DNA of 64,000 nucleotides from Camelus dromedarius (Eukaryota). Both the position numbers and the translations under genes were made by a program. Below are positions 27,030 to 40,973 of the stretch, piece after piece; the stretch's first letter is position 1; every line of letters starts with the position of its first letter. The notes beneath the pieces are model-generated. The model did not search any database and was not told where the DNA came from. It worked only from the letters and a program-made list of their open reading frames with translations. The stretch lies in NCBI RefSeq assembly GCF_036321535.1, contig NC_087436.1, forward strand, positions 43,278,001-43,342,000. The letters are read 5' to 3'.

Positions 27030-27760
27030 TTGAGAGTAAGACAAATATTTTTGAAGCACCTCCTGTGTGCCAAGCACGGTGTTAGCTCCAAGTGATTAAA
27101 TGTAGAAAAAAATAAACATTTTCCATCCCCTCAAAAGATTTCAAGATCTTCATTAAACCAATTTTTTATAGCTGCAATATGTTCCATGAATTAGATTAAA
27201 GTGGGTAAAAATGGATCCAGGGAGATCCATTTAAAGGCAGTAGTCCAAGCAATAGACATTTGTTTTATTTTACAAACATATTTTACACTTAGATGTAGAG
27301 TAGGAATAGCAACATTGCGTTTTATAAAGTTCCTGGTGATGAGTCAGCTGGAAAAAAGAGCAGGCACAGGGAACAGCAAGTGCAACAGCGTAGTGGTAGA
27401 AAGAACACAGCATGCAGAACACTGTAAGTAATGCAGTGTGTGTGAATTATAAGGGTCATGTTGGAAATGAGAAAGGAGTAAAATTCGAAAAGTAAGGCAG
27501 GGCCCAGGCCATGGATGTTCTTGTATGCCATAATAAGACTGAGTATTACCCTTTAGGTGAAAGGACGGGAAAAGCCAAAACCAGATTCTGTTTCAAAATA
27601 ATCACCCTAGTAACATATGGAGGATGAGTTAGAGGGCAAAGAGAATGGAATCTGGGGGACAACTTGGGATACAATTGACATGGTCCTGACGAGCAATGTC
27701 ATCAGAACAGCAATGTGAAAAATAAGCAATTTGTCATATATGTAGGGAAAAGAAGCTATA
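27030..27760 (-). mobile_element. L2 LINE 3' fragment (degenerate)
   Basis: AAATATTTTTGAAGCACCTCCTGTGTGCCAAGCAC...CAGGCACAGGGAACAGCAAGTGCAA...GTAAGGCAGGGCCCAG pattern typical of L2. Confidence 0.55.
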
Positions 27761-30700
27761 AAACTTCGGGGAATTGAATTTAAGGGTTTATGGAAAAGGA
27801 GAACTTAAGGAAAACTTGGAGACATCTAGCTCTGGCATGTAACGAGTGACGCAATTAACCCAGACCAGAAATTTGGGGAAACAGTACCCTAAAACTGGAG
27901 AGAGCAGAATGGTTTGGTTTTGGTCTGATAAAATGCAAGACTGACACATCCAAGAGAGGGTATTGATTACAGACACAGGACATAGAATAACCTCTGGGAG
28001 ATGGCCTGGTTTTTTGCAGTGATACTGGATTTTGCTTCACTCCTTACCATTTCTCTGTCCATAAAACTCCTAATATGGAAGCACTTCTTGTGCTGCCTCT
28101 GGAAGCAAATACTGTCAACCTATCAATATCGTGCGTGAACTGCCAGGAAGTACTGATAAAATAAGTGCAATGTATATGTATACTGCAGCATATGTATGTA
28201 TGTATATATATACCAGTAAGATTAAAACAGAATTCTGTACAGGAGACTTCTCACGTGCTCAGAATACTAACATCATGCAGCTGACATTTCCCCATAAGAT
28301 CAGTATACAACAGAGATCCACAACTTTATCCACAATGGATGTGACCTGCTGTGACTTTCTAAGTTTACCCTTGTGCTATGAACTGTAATTGTCTAGAATG
28401 GTTTGAGATATTCAACTCTAACTCCATGCAAGGTAAAGAGCTTTTGTAATTTTACACTGAAATGGAAAAGATAGGGTGAAAAACTGGCTTTAAAAAAAGA
28501 ATGTGTCTAATTAATTACAGTACATAACACATGGCAGTGGGAGAAGGTGAGCAATCAAGTATTTGTAGCTTGCACTGCCCTTTTTTTTTTTTTTTTTTTA
28601 ACATTTTAGCTCATACTACAAAATCCCTCTGTTGGAAATCAGTCAATAAAAACCCCTCTAGTTACTATTGCATTTCAGAGAATATCTGAACTTCTTCTGG
28701 GGAAGCTTTCAAAACAAATTCTTGATTTGTTGGGGGTAAACGCATTGGCATCAACTCCAAAGAGAATATTGAAAAGTAAGGAAACTCCTAATTTAAACAT
28801 AACTAAAAACAAAAGTAGGGTTAATTCATCTTATGAAACTAAGCTTTGGTTCAGATGCCCAAGACCATTTAAAAAAAAAAAATCGGGCTTAAGCCAGGTT
28901 TAATGAGAAATGGATAATGCTTTGCTAGTTGTTTTTTATTATTTGACTTCTACAAGAATTTGGGTTAAGTGGACCCTGTGAGTCTTCCCCCAGAGGCTTG
29001 GGATAGCTTCTTCACAGCACCCTCCCAACTTATCCTCTCCCCTCAAGTCTGACCACGTTCCTTTACTGTGGGGCCCCAATACACCCTGAGCACGCGGTCA
29101 TTCATAAATGTTTGTTGATTACTAGTTATAAGCACAACACTGCACTAGGTGTTGTGAATGGCTCTAGCAAGAGCCCCAGATTAGCTGTTTACTTATCTAT
29201 CTCCCCAACCAGCCTGGCCTTTCAGGGTAGATGAGGTCATGACTTACTCCTCTTTGTGTCTCCACTTCTGGGCACAGCACCCAACACAGAGTAGATCAAT
29301 AAATACTTGGGGACATAAAACAAAATAAAGGAAGAAGTTCAACAAAGTAAAATTGGCCAAATAGACACATGAAGCAGCATCAGTCAATATGAATAAAACG
29401 AGTGAGAAGTTCGGTGAATCAAGTAAATTTTTTCAGACTTACTAGATTCTAAAACTTGGTTTCAAATCCTGATTAGCAAAATTTATAGCTGTTACGTTAA
29501 TTCTTAAGCCTTTACAATTCTATCAGATAACCACAATAAGCCGCATCATGCCTGTCCCTTCTGAAGGGTAAGTGAGTGAAGAGTAATGGGTAAAGATGAC
29601 CTCCATCTGTATCTTAATCTTCTGGTTGAAGTTTTGGGAAAACTATTGTACTTAGCAATGGAATTGATTAGATAGGCTTTGGAGCTCAACATTCTCTGAC
29701 CTTAATTAGCTTAACAGATAATTGCCAACTACAACATTAGTAAAGAAATTAAATATAGAAAGAAATGGTATCTTACTGATACTAACTACAGAACCATTAG
29801 CATCCTGTTTTTCAGAAATAAACTATAATTCAGCTCTTCTCTGGGGGAAAAACTTTATATAAAGCAATAACAACTCTTTTATTATTGTATAAATCACCCA
29901 AAGAAGAGGGGAATTACTGAATGCATAACAACATGCAGTAATTTATTTCAATAGTCTCAGTAGTTACAGTAAGACTAACTAACTTCTAAATAAAAGATAT
30001 CATTGGTATGTTAAAAGACACAGAGGAGAGAGGCTGTTTTTCTTTTAGAATTATTATGCATATAAAATATGCCTCACTTCAGTCATATGGAACTATATAC
30101 TTAATTCTACCTCTACATTCTTATATAAATATCTACCTGTAACATGACATATAAAATTAAATTGTCAAATATATGTATATGTGTATGTGTGGTGTATGTG
30201 TATGAGTGTGTGTAGAGAGAGTCATATATTCCATCGGTCAGAATAAAATTATAATTTCACTTGAAGGCAGAAATCATATCTTATAATTCTAGAATTTCCA
30301 AAGCCTAGTTTAGTGCCTGAAATATACTAGCCAATAAAGAAGATTATGTTGACAATGGAAACTTGGGAAGAGCATTGTCATCTCTTTTAGTCTTATGCAA
30401 AGCTGACAAGAGGCAACATAAATACTAGTTATTCTAGCTTTAATTGCTCAAAAATTAAACTTAGAAAATAGCTTTAAAAGAGTTAGGTTACTTTTGTACA
30501 TACAAAAAGATAGCATTAGAACTTTTTTGCAAAGCAGTAGCTGTCTGTAGCTCAAAAGACCTCTTTTGTCCACCAAAATAAACTTAGTTGAAATGTCAAA
30601 ATTTTTCTTAAATATTAAAACTGTAAATACCTTATCACTGGCCCTTGACTAAGAACCAGTGGCAAGCTATCCAGTAATTAAAAAACAAAACTTGTGAAAC

Positions 30701-31366
30701 TAAAAGATGTTGAGGTTTTCATTCAAAAGATGTTTAGTCATAAATGACAAACCCCAGCTAACATCAAACTCAATGGTGAAAAGCTGGAAGTATTTCCTTT
30801 AAGATCAGGAACAAGACAAGGATGCCCACTCTCGTGACTTTTATTATAGCATTGGCAGTCCTAGCCACAGCAAACAGAAAAAGAAATAAAAGGAATCCAA
30901 AATGGAAATGAAGAAATAAAACTGTCACTATTTGCAGATGACGTGATATTATACATAGAAAATCCTAAAAACACCACCAGAAAACTACTAGAACTCATCA
31001 GTGAATTTGGTAAAGTTGCAGGGTACAAAATTAATACACAGAAATCTGTTGCATTTCTATACACTAACAACTATACACTATTAGAAACAATCCCATTTAC
31101 CATTGCATCAAAAAGAATAAAATACATAAGGATAAACCTAACTAAGGAGGCAAAAGACCTGTACTCAAAAAATTATAACCCTGATGAAAGAAACTGAAGA
31201 TGACACAACAGATGTAAAGATATACCATGCTCTTGGATTGGAAGCATTAATATTGTCAAAATGATCATACTTCCCAAGGCAATCTACAGATTCAATGCAA
31301 TCCCTACCAAAATACCAATGATATTTTTCACAGAACTAGAACAAATTTTTAAATTTATAGAAATAA

Positions 31367-31523
31367 GGGGGTAGGATATAGCCCAAGTGGTAGAGTGCAT
31401 GCTTAGCATGCACAAGGTCCTGGGTTCAATCTCCAGTACCACCTCTAAAAATAAATAAATAAACAAGTAAACTTAATCACCAACACCCCCCCCAAAACAA
31501 ATAAATAAATAAATAAATTTTTT
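31367..31523 (+). mobile_element. tRNA-derived SINE (Vic-1-like) nested in L1
   Basis: GGGGGTAGGATATAGCCCAAGTGGTAGAGTGCATGCTTAGCATGCACAAGGTCCTGGGTTCAATCTCCAGTACC followed by an (AAAT)n tail. TSD AATTTAT(A/G)GAAATAA at 31352-31366 and 31524-31538. Confidence 0.92.
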
Positions 31524-32254
31524 AATTTATGGAAATAAAAGAAAAGAGACATAAAAGCAAAGGAAATAAAAGCAAAAATAAACAAATGAGACCTAACTAA
31601 ACTTAAGAGCTTTTGTACAGCTGAAAAGACAACCTACTGAATGGGAGAAAATATTTGCAAATGAAATGACCCATAAGGGATTAATACACAACATACATAG
31701 ACAGATTATACAATTCAACATCAAAAAAACAAACAACCTAATTACAAATGAGCAGAAGACCTGAACAAACATTTTTTCAAAGAGGAATTGCAGATGGGCA
31801 ACAGGCAAATGAAAAGATGTCAACATCACTAATCATCTGGGAACTGAAAATCAAACCTGCAGTGAGATACCTCACACCTGGCAGAATGATAATCATCAAA
31901 AAAAAAAAACCCACAAATAACAAATTTTGGCAAGAATGTGGAGGAAAGGAATCCTTGTACACTGTTGCTGGGAATGTACACTGGTATAGCCACTGTGTAA
32001 AACAGTAGGTTTTCCAGAGATTTCTCAAAAAAATCTAAAAATAGAACTACCATATGACCCATCAATTACACTCCTGGGTAGATATCTGAAAAAACAAACA
32101 AACAAACAAACAAAACACTAATTCAAAAAGATACATACATTCCAATGTTCACAGCAGGATCATTTACAATTGCTAAGATATGGAAGCAACCTAAATGTTC
32201 ATCAACAGATGAATGGATAAAGATGTGGTTTATATAGACAATGGACTATTAAGT

Positions 32255-32255
32255 G

Positions 32256-32295
<40 letters not shown>

Positions 32296-32377
32296 TACAT
32301 ATGTGTGTGTATATATATATACACACACACACAGTATATATATATACATATATACATAGTGTATATGTATATACACA
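32255..32377. repeat. Compound (TG)n/(TA)n/(CA)n microsatellite inside L1
   Basis: Directly visible. Confidence 0.95.
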
Positions 32378-33920
32378 TGGAATACAACAGCCATAAAAAA
32401 GACTGAAATTTTGCCATTTGCAGCAACATGGATGGACCTGGAGGATATTATGCTAAGTGAAATAAGTCAGACAGAGAAAAAGAAATACTATATGATATTA
32501 TTTACATGAGGAAGCTAAAAAATACAATAAACTAGTAAATATAGCACAAAATTTAGCAGACTCACAGAGAACAAACTAGTGGCTATCAGCAGAGAGGGGA
32601 GAGGAGAGGAGCAATACAGGGATAAGGGAGTCAGAGGTACGAACTCTTATGTATAAAATAAGATACAAGAATATATTATACAGCATGGGGAATATAACCA
32701 ATATTTTATAATAACTGTAAATGAAGCATAACCTTTAAAATTGTGAATCACTAAATTGTACACCTGTAACTTATGTAATATTGTACACCAATTATACTTC
32801 AACAAAAAAAGTTTAGATGGTGCTGTTTCTGATTAGCAATGTGGGAACCCAGCACATAATGTGAAGCATGATGAAAGCTTGGGTATGTATTAAAATCCTG
32901 TGGCACCTCCACAGGATATAGCTCTTTATACCTGGAGAAGCTCAACTTGCATTAGGTCTCTTTCTCCCACATGGAAGAATTGCAGGATATTTTAGCAACT
33001 GAGTTTCCTTTAATAATAATATCTTTTCATGGATGTAAATACTAATTTAGTACAAATTATGTAAAGTAATCATTACAAAGATTTAGCCTGACCTAAAGCC
33101 TTTCTCTTCTGGTTATGTTTAAGTAAGAATTAATTGTATGTGTTTTGGTGGGGGTTACTACACTTTTTTTTTCGCTAAATTTTGTTTTAAGATAAACAAT
33201 TGTCAAAGACACACTAAGCAAGCAAGTCAATTCTTCATCATTTTTACATGATTCCTGTATATTTATATAGTTTAAATGATTTTTTAATTAAATGTAAAAA
33301 TATTTTCTTACAGAATATGAACTGACAAACACCGTATCAGAATTCTACATGCTTTTTGTTTTACGGTGTTCAACTACTCAAGAGACTACAGCATACAGTT
33401 TGCTTTGTGTGCATAAACCCCGACTACCCAACTAGCCTATAAATTCCTTGAAGGAATGAATAGTAGTTTGTACTTTTTGTATTTATTTCTCACACTTACT
33501 ACTGCAATATTTTTAATGGCTAATCCTACTGTATGACAAAACATTTATATTGTCATTTAATCCTCATAAGCCACCCAATTGAAGAAACTGAGCCTTAGTG
33601 AGATTAAAGTACTTGGATATTGAGTAATAAATGCCAGAGCTGAGATTGGTAGCCAGTCCAGAGGCCACAATCACACCACCGTGCAGGACACCACCTCCTT
33701 AGCTCTACCCAAAAGTGCCAAATACCTTTCCACTGTTGAATAACTTGTAGGAGTGTCTGCTGCTTCCTGTTCTGAGGAAAAGTTTCTGTGACCACATTCC
33801 TGGCCCCAGCAATCACATTCTGATTTTCCTGGATGCCCAATTCCTTTTCTTGTGCTGGGGGCAGGGCCTGGCCTAAAGTTTGAACCATGTGGCACTGACA
33901 CCTCTGGAATGTCAAGATTT

Positions 33921-34410
33921 CTTTTTTTTTTAATTGAAGTATACTATGTGTCAATTTCTGGTGTACAGAACAATGTTTCAGTCATATATATACATACATA
34001 TATTCCTTTTCATATTTTTTTCCATTAAAGGCTACTACAAGGTATTGAATAGTTTCCTGTGCTATACAAAAGAAATCTGTTTTTCATCTATGTTTTTATA
34101 GCAATTAATATTTGCAAATCTTGAACTCCCAATTTATCCCTCCCCACCCCCCTTCCTCCACTACCGGTAAACATAAGATTGTTAACTATGTCTGTGAGTT
34201 TGTTTCTGTTTTGTAGATGAGTTCATTGGTGTCTTCTTTTTCCTTTTTTTTCTGCATTATTAGCTTTTTTTTTTTTAACTCTACATATGAATGATATCAT
34301 ATGGTATTTTTCTTTCTTTTTCTGGCTTACTTCACTTAGAATGATGATCACAGTTCTGCCCATGTTGCTGCAAATAACATTATTTTATTCTTTTTTGTGG
34401 CTGAGTAGTG
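33921..34410 (-). mobile_element. 5'-truncated L1 3' end
   Basis: PolyT followed by the reverse complement of the L1 3'UTR (TCTGGCTTACTTCACTTAGAATGATG, GTTGCTGCAAAT). AAGATTTCTTT is repeated on both flanks (33914, 34418). Confidence 0.9.
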
Positions 34411-36037
34411 GAATACTAAGATTTCTTTCCTTTAATGTTGCTAACCCAAGAGTTGTGGCTTTTAGGGACACAGTTATAGTACCTCAAAATATTCTTACAC
34501 ATTACACTCGACGAGTGAATTTAGAGCCATGTCTCTATCACCATTGTTACTATTACCATTCACAGGAAAAACATTTTCAAGTTTCCCAGCACAGCAGGCT
34601 TCAAAGACATTTGTTCCTCTGTTTTTAAAGCAGCATGCAGACTTTTACTAGCTTGTACTGACATACTTTCCTGAGTGGGATTTAAACCTGGACTGCTTCC
34701 AAGATGGATGAAACTCTCAGCTGTTCTTAATTAATCACCATACCCGCTATTTAAATGTTGATTACACCTATAAGAAATGATAATAGTCTTATTTTCACAG
34801 TAAAAATTTAATAAGGATCTACTCATAAAAAGTCCTCCCTTCAAATCAATTGAAAAGCTAATTAAGTGTAAAACATTAAAATAATAAATTGTTATGAAGC
34901 CTAAAAAATACACCTATTCCATTGGAGCATTTGTCTAGAACTATATAACTTTCTACACTCTTTAACTCCTTTTTTTTATTCTTATAGTCTCCCTCCCTAT
35001 TAAAAAAAAAAGGTAGTGGGATCATTAAAAAACATACATATTCTCATAGAACATTTTTAAATGAATTTAAAAAAACCCACAATCAGCCAGCAGCAGTAAA
35101 TCCCATTACTCAAACTTAACAGTGCATGTTTTGATGTATTTTCTTTTAGAATTTTTCTACATGTACACTATATATGTGCATATAATTGATATTTTTACAA
35201 AGTTGGGATAATACTCTGTCTTCTACTTTTAAAAAGTAACATTACCAAGTAAGTATTGCCTACAACATTTAAAAGTTGTTTAAGATACTCTAAATCTCAT
35301 ATAGTGGTTTCTGGATGGATTATAACTGGTGTTAGCTTTCCCTAATCATTTGTACCACTAAAGCTTTTGTTTTCATTGTTGTCAAGAATGCTACGATTAA
35401 AAGCTATTTACCTAAATCTTTGTCCTTGTCTTGATTATGCCCATTGTTTAAATTCCTAAAGGTGGAATAATGATGTTAAAGGATGTAAATTCTTGGTACA
35501 TATTGTAACATTGCAAAACTATTCTTGAGAGAGGCTGATGCAGAAGATGCTACCATGACTGTTTGTGGAAGAGCCTGTCTCCACTCAATGACGTGCTCAA
35601 ATTTGCTCTGCTCAATAGATACGTATATCATTATGGTTTGGATTTACCTTTTTTCATTTTTGAAGAGTTTAAAAACTTAACCATACATTTTATGTCTATT
35701 ACAATTTTTGTCTTCTTTGACTTGTCCACATTTTTTGTCCTTTTAGAGTTTCAAACATCTTTTTTATTTTTAAAAACTCCACATAGACAAGAAAACATTT
35801 TGCCATATTTGTTGCAAATTTTTCCAAGTTTATGTTCTTTTTAATATATCTTTTGACTTTTATTAAAAGTCAATATATCTCTTGACTTTTAAATTATATA
35901 AATTGAAAAGTGTAAGCTTCTACTTTTAGATTTTTATTCCATTGCTTTTATTCCTTTCAACCCTGAAATCAGTAAAAAAAAAAACTTCTCTTCATTTTCT
36001 CCTGGCTTAAAAAACAAAACTTCTTTTTCTATTTAAC

Positions 36038-36161
36038 TTTTTTTTTTTGAGGAGGTAGGTAATTAGGTTTATTATTTATTTAATGGAGGTGCTGGGGATT
36101 GAATACAGGACCTTGTGCACACTAAGCATGCTCTCTACCACTTGAGCTATAACCTCTCCCC
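36038..36161 (-). mobile_element. tRNA-derived SINE (Vic-1-like)
   Basis: Reverse complement of the same SINE consensus (GGGGATTGAATACAGGACCTTGTGCACACTAAGCATGCTCTCTACCACTTGAGCTATA). ATTTAACTTTT occurs on both flanks. Confidence 0.88.
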
Positions 36162-36339
36162 TCCATTTAACTTTTAATTACCTGAAATTTGTTTTGGTAT
36201 GGGGCATAACTGACAACCTTACTTGAAATTTTTCAAGTGGGCAATTTTTTCCAATTGTTAAAAATCATTCAACCTACTTTCAACTTTCTCTAATGTCTCC
36301 TTTTTACATTTCTCTCTCTTTAAATGGTTAATGTAATAC

Positions 36340-36532
36340 AGTGAGCTTAGAACTACATTTTCAATCCTGTTTCTACCACTTACCATGAGTTATGTGACCT
36401 TGAGCAAAGTACTGAACTCAAATAAGCCTTGGTTTACTTGTCTATAACACGTATAGGATTATATGCACTAAATTAGGTAATATATGTAAAATCCCTAAGA
36501 AGAGTATGCTGGGATAGCAGACACTCAATAAA
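36340..36532 (+). mobile_element. MIR SINE
   Basis: AATCCTGTTTCTACCACTTAC...TGTGACCTTGAGCAAAGTACTGAAC...TCTATAA...CACTCAATAAA. Confidence 0.7.
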
Positions 36533-37040
36533 AGTAAACTTTAATACTTGATTCACAGAGCTATTATCAGAAGAAATGAAACTTAGATCTGTAAATGGTG
36601 TGTAGAGCATCATTACAGAATCTAGGAAATAACAGGAGCTCAAAAAATGATGGCTATCATTATCAGTAATTAATATAGAACCCCCTGTACATTCTACATT
36701 TCTTTTATTTCTTTTTTTGTATTTTCCTGCTATTTCCCATATCTAATTCAACTGTTGATCCTGAGTAGAAAAGATCTAGTCCCAGTGCCAAATCAAGTGG
36801 TTAGCACTAGACAAGAAAGCAGCCCAGAATCAATAACTTGGCTCACAGTGTCATGGCTGGGGTCTAACACAGCTGTAACTGCATGGGTCACATTTTTAAC
36901 AGGAATGGAAACTGACATGTTCATCTGGATCACTGTTTAATTCTTCAAAGAATAAATTGGTGAGTTTACACAAATCAACACCAAAGACTGATTCTTTCAT
37001 CTGTATTATATATCATGTAACAAAAGAAAGAAAGAAAGTG

Positions 37041-38011
37041 CAAAACAAACAACCCAGTCTAAAAATGGACAGAAGACCTAAATGAGCAATTTTGCAATGA
37101 AGACATGCAAATGGACAACAGGCAACATGAAAAAAATGCTCAAAGTTGCTAATTATTGGAGAAATGCAAATTAAAACTACAATGAGGTATCACCTCACAT
37201 CAGTCAGAATGGCCATCATTTAAAAGTCCACAAACGATAAACGCTGGAGAGGGTGTGGAGAAAAGGGAACCCTCCTACACTGTTGGTGGGAATGTAGTTT
37301 GGTACAGCCATTATGGAAAACAGTATGGAGATTCCTCAAAACACTAAAAATAAACTTATCATATGATCCAGCAATCCCACTCCTGGGCATATATCCAGAA
37401 GGAATCTTAACTCAAAAAGACACACGCACCCCAATGTTCATAGCAGCACTACTTACAATAGCCAAGACATGGAAACAACCTAAATGTCCATTAACAGATG
37501 ACTGGATAAAGAAGTTGTGGTATATTTATACAATGGAATACTACTCGGTCATAAAAAATAATAAAATAATGCCATTTGCAGTAGCATGGATGGACATGGA
37601 GAATGCCATTCTAAGTGAAGTAAGCCAGAAAGAGAAAGAAAAATACTATATAACACTTATATGTGGAATCCTAAAAAAAAAAAAAAAGACAAACGATCTT
37701 ACAGAAACAGAAACAGATTCACAGACATAGAAAATAAACTTATCATTATCAAGGGGGAAAGGGGGTGGAAAGGGATAAATTGGGAATTCAAGATTTGCAG
37801 ATACTAATTAATAAATATAAAATGGATAAACAACAAGGTTATACTGTATAGCACAGGGAACCATATTCAATATCTTGTAGTAACTCGTGGTGAAAAAGAA
37901 TATGAAAAATATATTTATATTCCTATATGACTGAAGTATTGTGCTATACATCGGAAATTAACAGAGCACTGTAAACTGACTATATTTCAATAAAAATATA
38001 TTTTTAAAAAA
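37041..38011 (+). mobile_element. 5'-truncated L1 (ORF2 C-terminus and 3'UTR)
   Basis: ORF 37299-37730 ([13 protein letters not shown]...[12 protein letters not shown]...PMFIAALLTIAKTWKQPKCP...W) is the L1 ORF2 C-terminal segment. AAGAAAGTG is repeated at both ends. Confidence 0.95.
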
Positions 38012-38798
38012 GGAAGAAAGTGTATGTAGACGGTAGAATTCGTTATTTACTTTCTTGGAAAAAACTGATTTAACACTTAATTTTATAGGTCTTTTAGAAA
38101 TGCATATAGAATTCTTAAAATTGAACATACATGGAGTGAATATTTAACACCTCACATTAGCTGATGTACCAAGAAATTTTAATGAGGCCAAAAGAACTTT
38201 GTTAATCATCTCTCCCAGGCTGCGTGACTTTTTAGGCAGAAGTGTGGAATTCAGCCAGAAAATTGTACTGGACTTCAATTCCAAGGAAGGATCAAATCAT
38301 TCAGAGCAATCTTGCTGTTCAAGCTGACTGCCCAACAGTGGAATGAAATTCTGCTTTTTAAAAAATTGGGGGACCCATTTTCATAACAGCATCTTATAGT
38401 ACCTCAGCGCCTAGACTTCTGATGGGAGCTGACAAGCTTAAACAATGAAAGGACTCTATATAGGTGTATAGCAATTGTTAGCTTTCAGAGGTGGAGCTTA
38501 CATTTACCTTAAGTGCTATCGTTTAAAATTCCATTGCAATACAACACAGACACTTTCTTACTTTTATGATAATACATAAGACCTGGAGGAGGTCCCATTT
38601 GTTGGCCAAGCAGCCTCAGTTCCCACATGTCCTGTGTGGTCTTGGTTTCTTAAGTAGAATTTGGCAACCAGTTGAATTAACCTGGATTAGAAGAAACTGA
38701 ATAGAATATGAAGGGTTTTTATACTCTTATGCCCTCTGTGCAGTTGTTACATATTCAGTCTGGTCTCTTCAGTAACGTCAACTTCTTAGAACATAAAG

Positions 38799-38995
38799 CA
38801 GTGGTTTATCATACATTAATGCACTTAAGGGTTACTTAGACATCATGCTTAATCTTGTTAAGTAAATATTCTTGGCTCCCACCTTGGAGATTCTAACTCT
38901 GGAGGTCTGGAATGGGGCTCAGCAATCCACATCACTTTAAAACACCCTAGGCGATTCTTCTGATGTGGGTGGTTCACGGAACACATTTTGAGAGG
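38799..38995. mobile_element. MER5-type hAT DNA transposon relic
   Basis: CAGTGGTTT... GGAGATTCTAA... GGTCTGGAATGGGGCTCAGCAATC... CCCTAGGCGATTCT...TTTGAGA follows the MER5A pattern. Confidence 0.65.
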
Positions 38996-40973
38996 TGATG
39001 ACATAAAGGATTAGCTAGACCTTTCATTCTCTGTATTTATTACACAACCTAAATACACTTTATCCCTTATGCCAGCCTCCATCATTTAGTCTGTCAGAAT
39101 GCATGATGCAAAAATGCATGAGAAATGGAATTAGATCAGCTATTTTTCGAAAGAAATAATGATGTATGACAGATAAATGGGCAATTTTGTGAAACATATG
39201 CCTTACTAACAGAAAACTGTTGAATGTCTTTTACTTCTGAAAAATGACTTTTTCCTAAAAATCTAAAAAAATACACATGTGACAACCAGTGGTTTTCACA
39301 AAGAAAAGAGTCGCAAATGCTCCTGTGTAATTCTGTTTTACTAGGTGTCTTAGTAGATGCTTTCTAACTAATTTCCTTCAGAAGGCTGACAATCTAGAAA
39401 GGTATGATTCTAAAGGAGCAAATCTAAAGACACTTCAAACTCTAATTTTAATACATTATTTCTGCCTGGAGAGATCTTTTCCTTAATGAAATGAGAATTC
39501 ATTGTTAGACAAATTATCAATCTTACAGCGTCAATTTTTAAGTACATGATGTGTTTATCTAATGGAGTTGCTATACTAGAATATAGAAATTGCTACAGTA
39601 TCAGGTAGAACATAAGATTATACTTCAAAGTATAATCTTTTGAAACTCATTGATAACTGAGGTAGGTAAAGAGTACCCCCAAAATCCCAAATTTTAAACA
39701 ATATGTCAGCAACATTTATAATTCATCAAAAACAGTTTCAACTCACAACCTCTACTATTTAACACCTGGTTTTCACATAGCTTTTAGATATAATTCATAA
39801 GCTCAAAGACACCAATGAAGTGATTATACTGCAGATGATCACTGTAATATTTGTACTTCCTACAAGCAGATTTTAAAGGTAAAAAAACAGTTTTACTGTA
39901 GCCACATAAGCTTACACAAATACGATGTGAATGTCAGCTTTGAAAAGTCAAACTCTTAAAATGTTGACAATCAAATGTGATAATAATATATCCCACATTT
40001 CAAGGAGAAACCTTTAAATGAAAATGAAGGAATCAGAAAACCAGTAGCTATTTCCTATGGCCAAATAAATTTCAAGTTTCATCCATTAAAAGGGCATTCA
40101 ATCCAAAACAGCAACTGAAAGTGGGTAAGAAAGACAGCAGATGTCTGTGTGGGAAGGAAACAAAATATGGTTGAAAAGACAACTCTCTCTCCACAGAGCA
40201 TTCTCAGCTCCACCCTACATGTGACCTTGAAAAAGCCACTGTACGTCCAGTAGAACTAATCTTATGAAATATAAAAGAAAAAAATTTTAAGTACTACATA
40301 ATTTAAATAAATAATTATGTTTGGATGAACCTCATTGTAAGAAAAATATAATAGAAGTAGATATTTTTTATATTATAATAATTCATCTTATCACAGTGTA
40401 CTCTTTCACTGAAAGGCATCTATTGCATTTTATGTGCAACTTAATCTAGAGAATGCATAATAATTACAGGAATTACTACAGCAAATATGTTTTATACAAT
40501 TAATATTTCACAGTAGTAATGTGTTTACATTTGTGTAGCAGGGTACTTTATTTTTTTTTTTGAGTAGGTTAGAATTAAAACATCTTAGTCTCCAGGTACT
40601 TTAAATGTTTTTAGAAATGCCTTTTGGACCTCTTATCGGTGTTACAGCCATGGGGATTTATATACTGCTTCTCTATCATCCTAATGTTACCACTGACTCC
40701 AAGACTGAGCTTGTGATCTGCTCATAATGCTTCAAGATTTGACTTTTTGTAACCCTCTGAAACATGCTTTCTCATCACACTGGAACACAATATTGGGACT
40801 CCTGCTTTGTCCATCCTTGGATTATGTTCCTTTAAGCCAAGGTTGCATGTCTTATTCATCTTGATAGGCCCAGTGCCTGGCATTTAGCAGATGCTCAATA
40901 AATGATTTCCAAACATACCTTCTTCCCAACAGGAACCAAGATTGTACTCTGCTTCCAAGATCTACTTCAGGCT

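Larger units (their letters stand above)
30740..32810 (+). mobile_element. Truncated, internally deleted L1 (ORF2 RT and C-terminal remnants, 3'UTR) interrupted by a SINE and a (TA)n/(CA)n tract
   Basis: RT motifs GTRQGCPLS and [16 protein letters not shown], then [22 protein letters not shown], a typical L1 3'UTR and an A tail near 32800. Confidence 0.95.

Noticed and set aside
37299..37730. 143-aa ORF as a host gene
   Set aside because: It is the C-terminus of L1 ORF2 in a truncated element.
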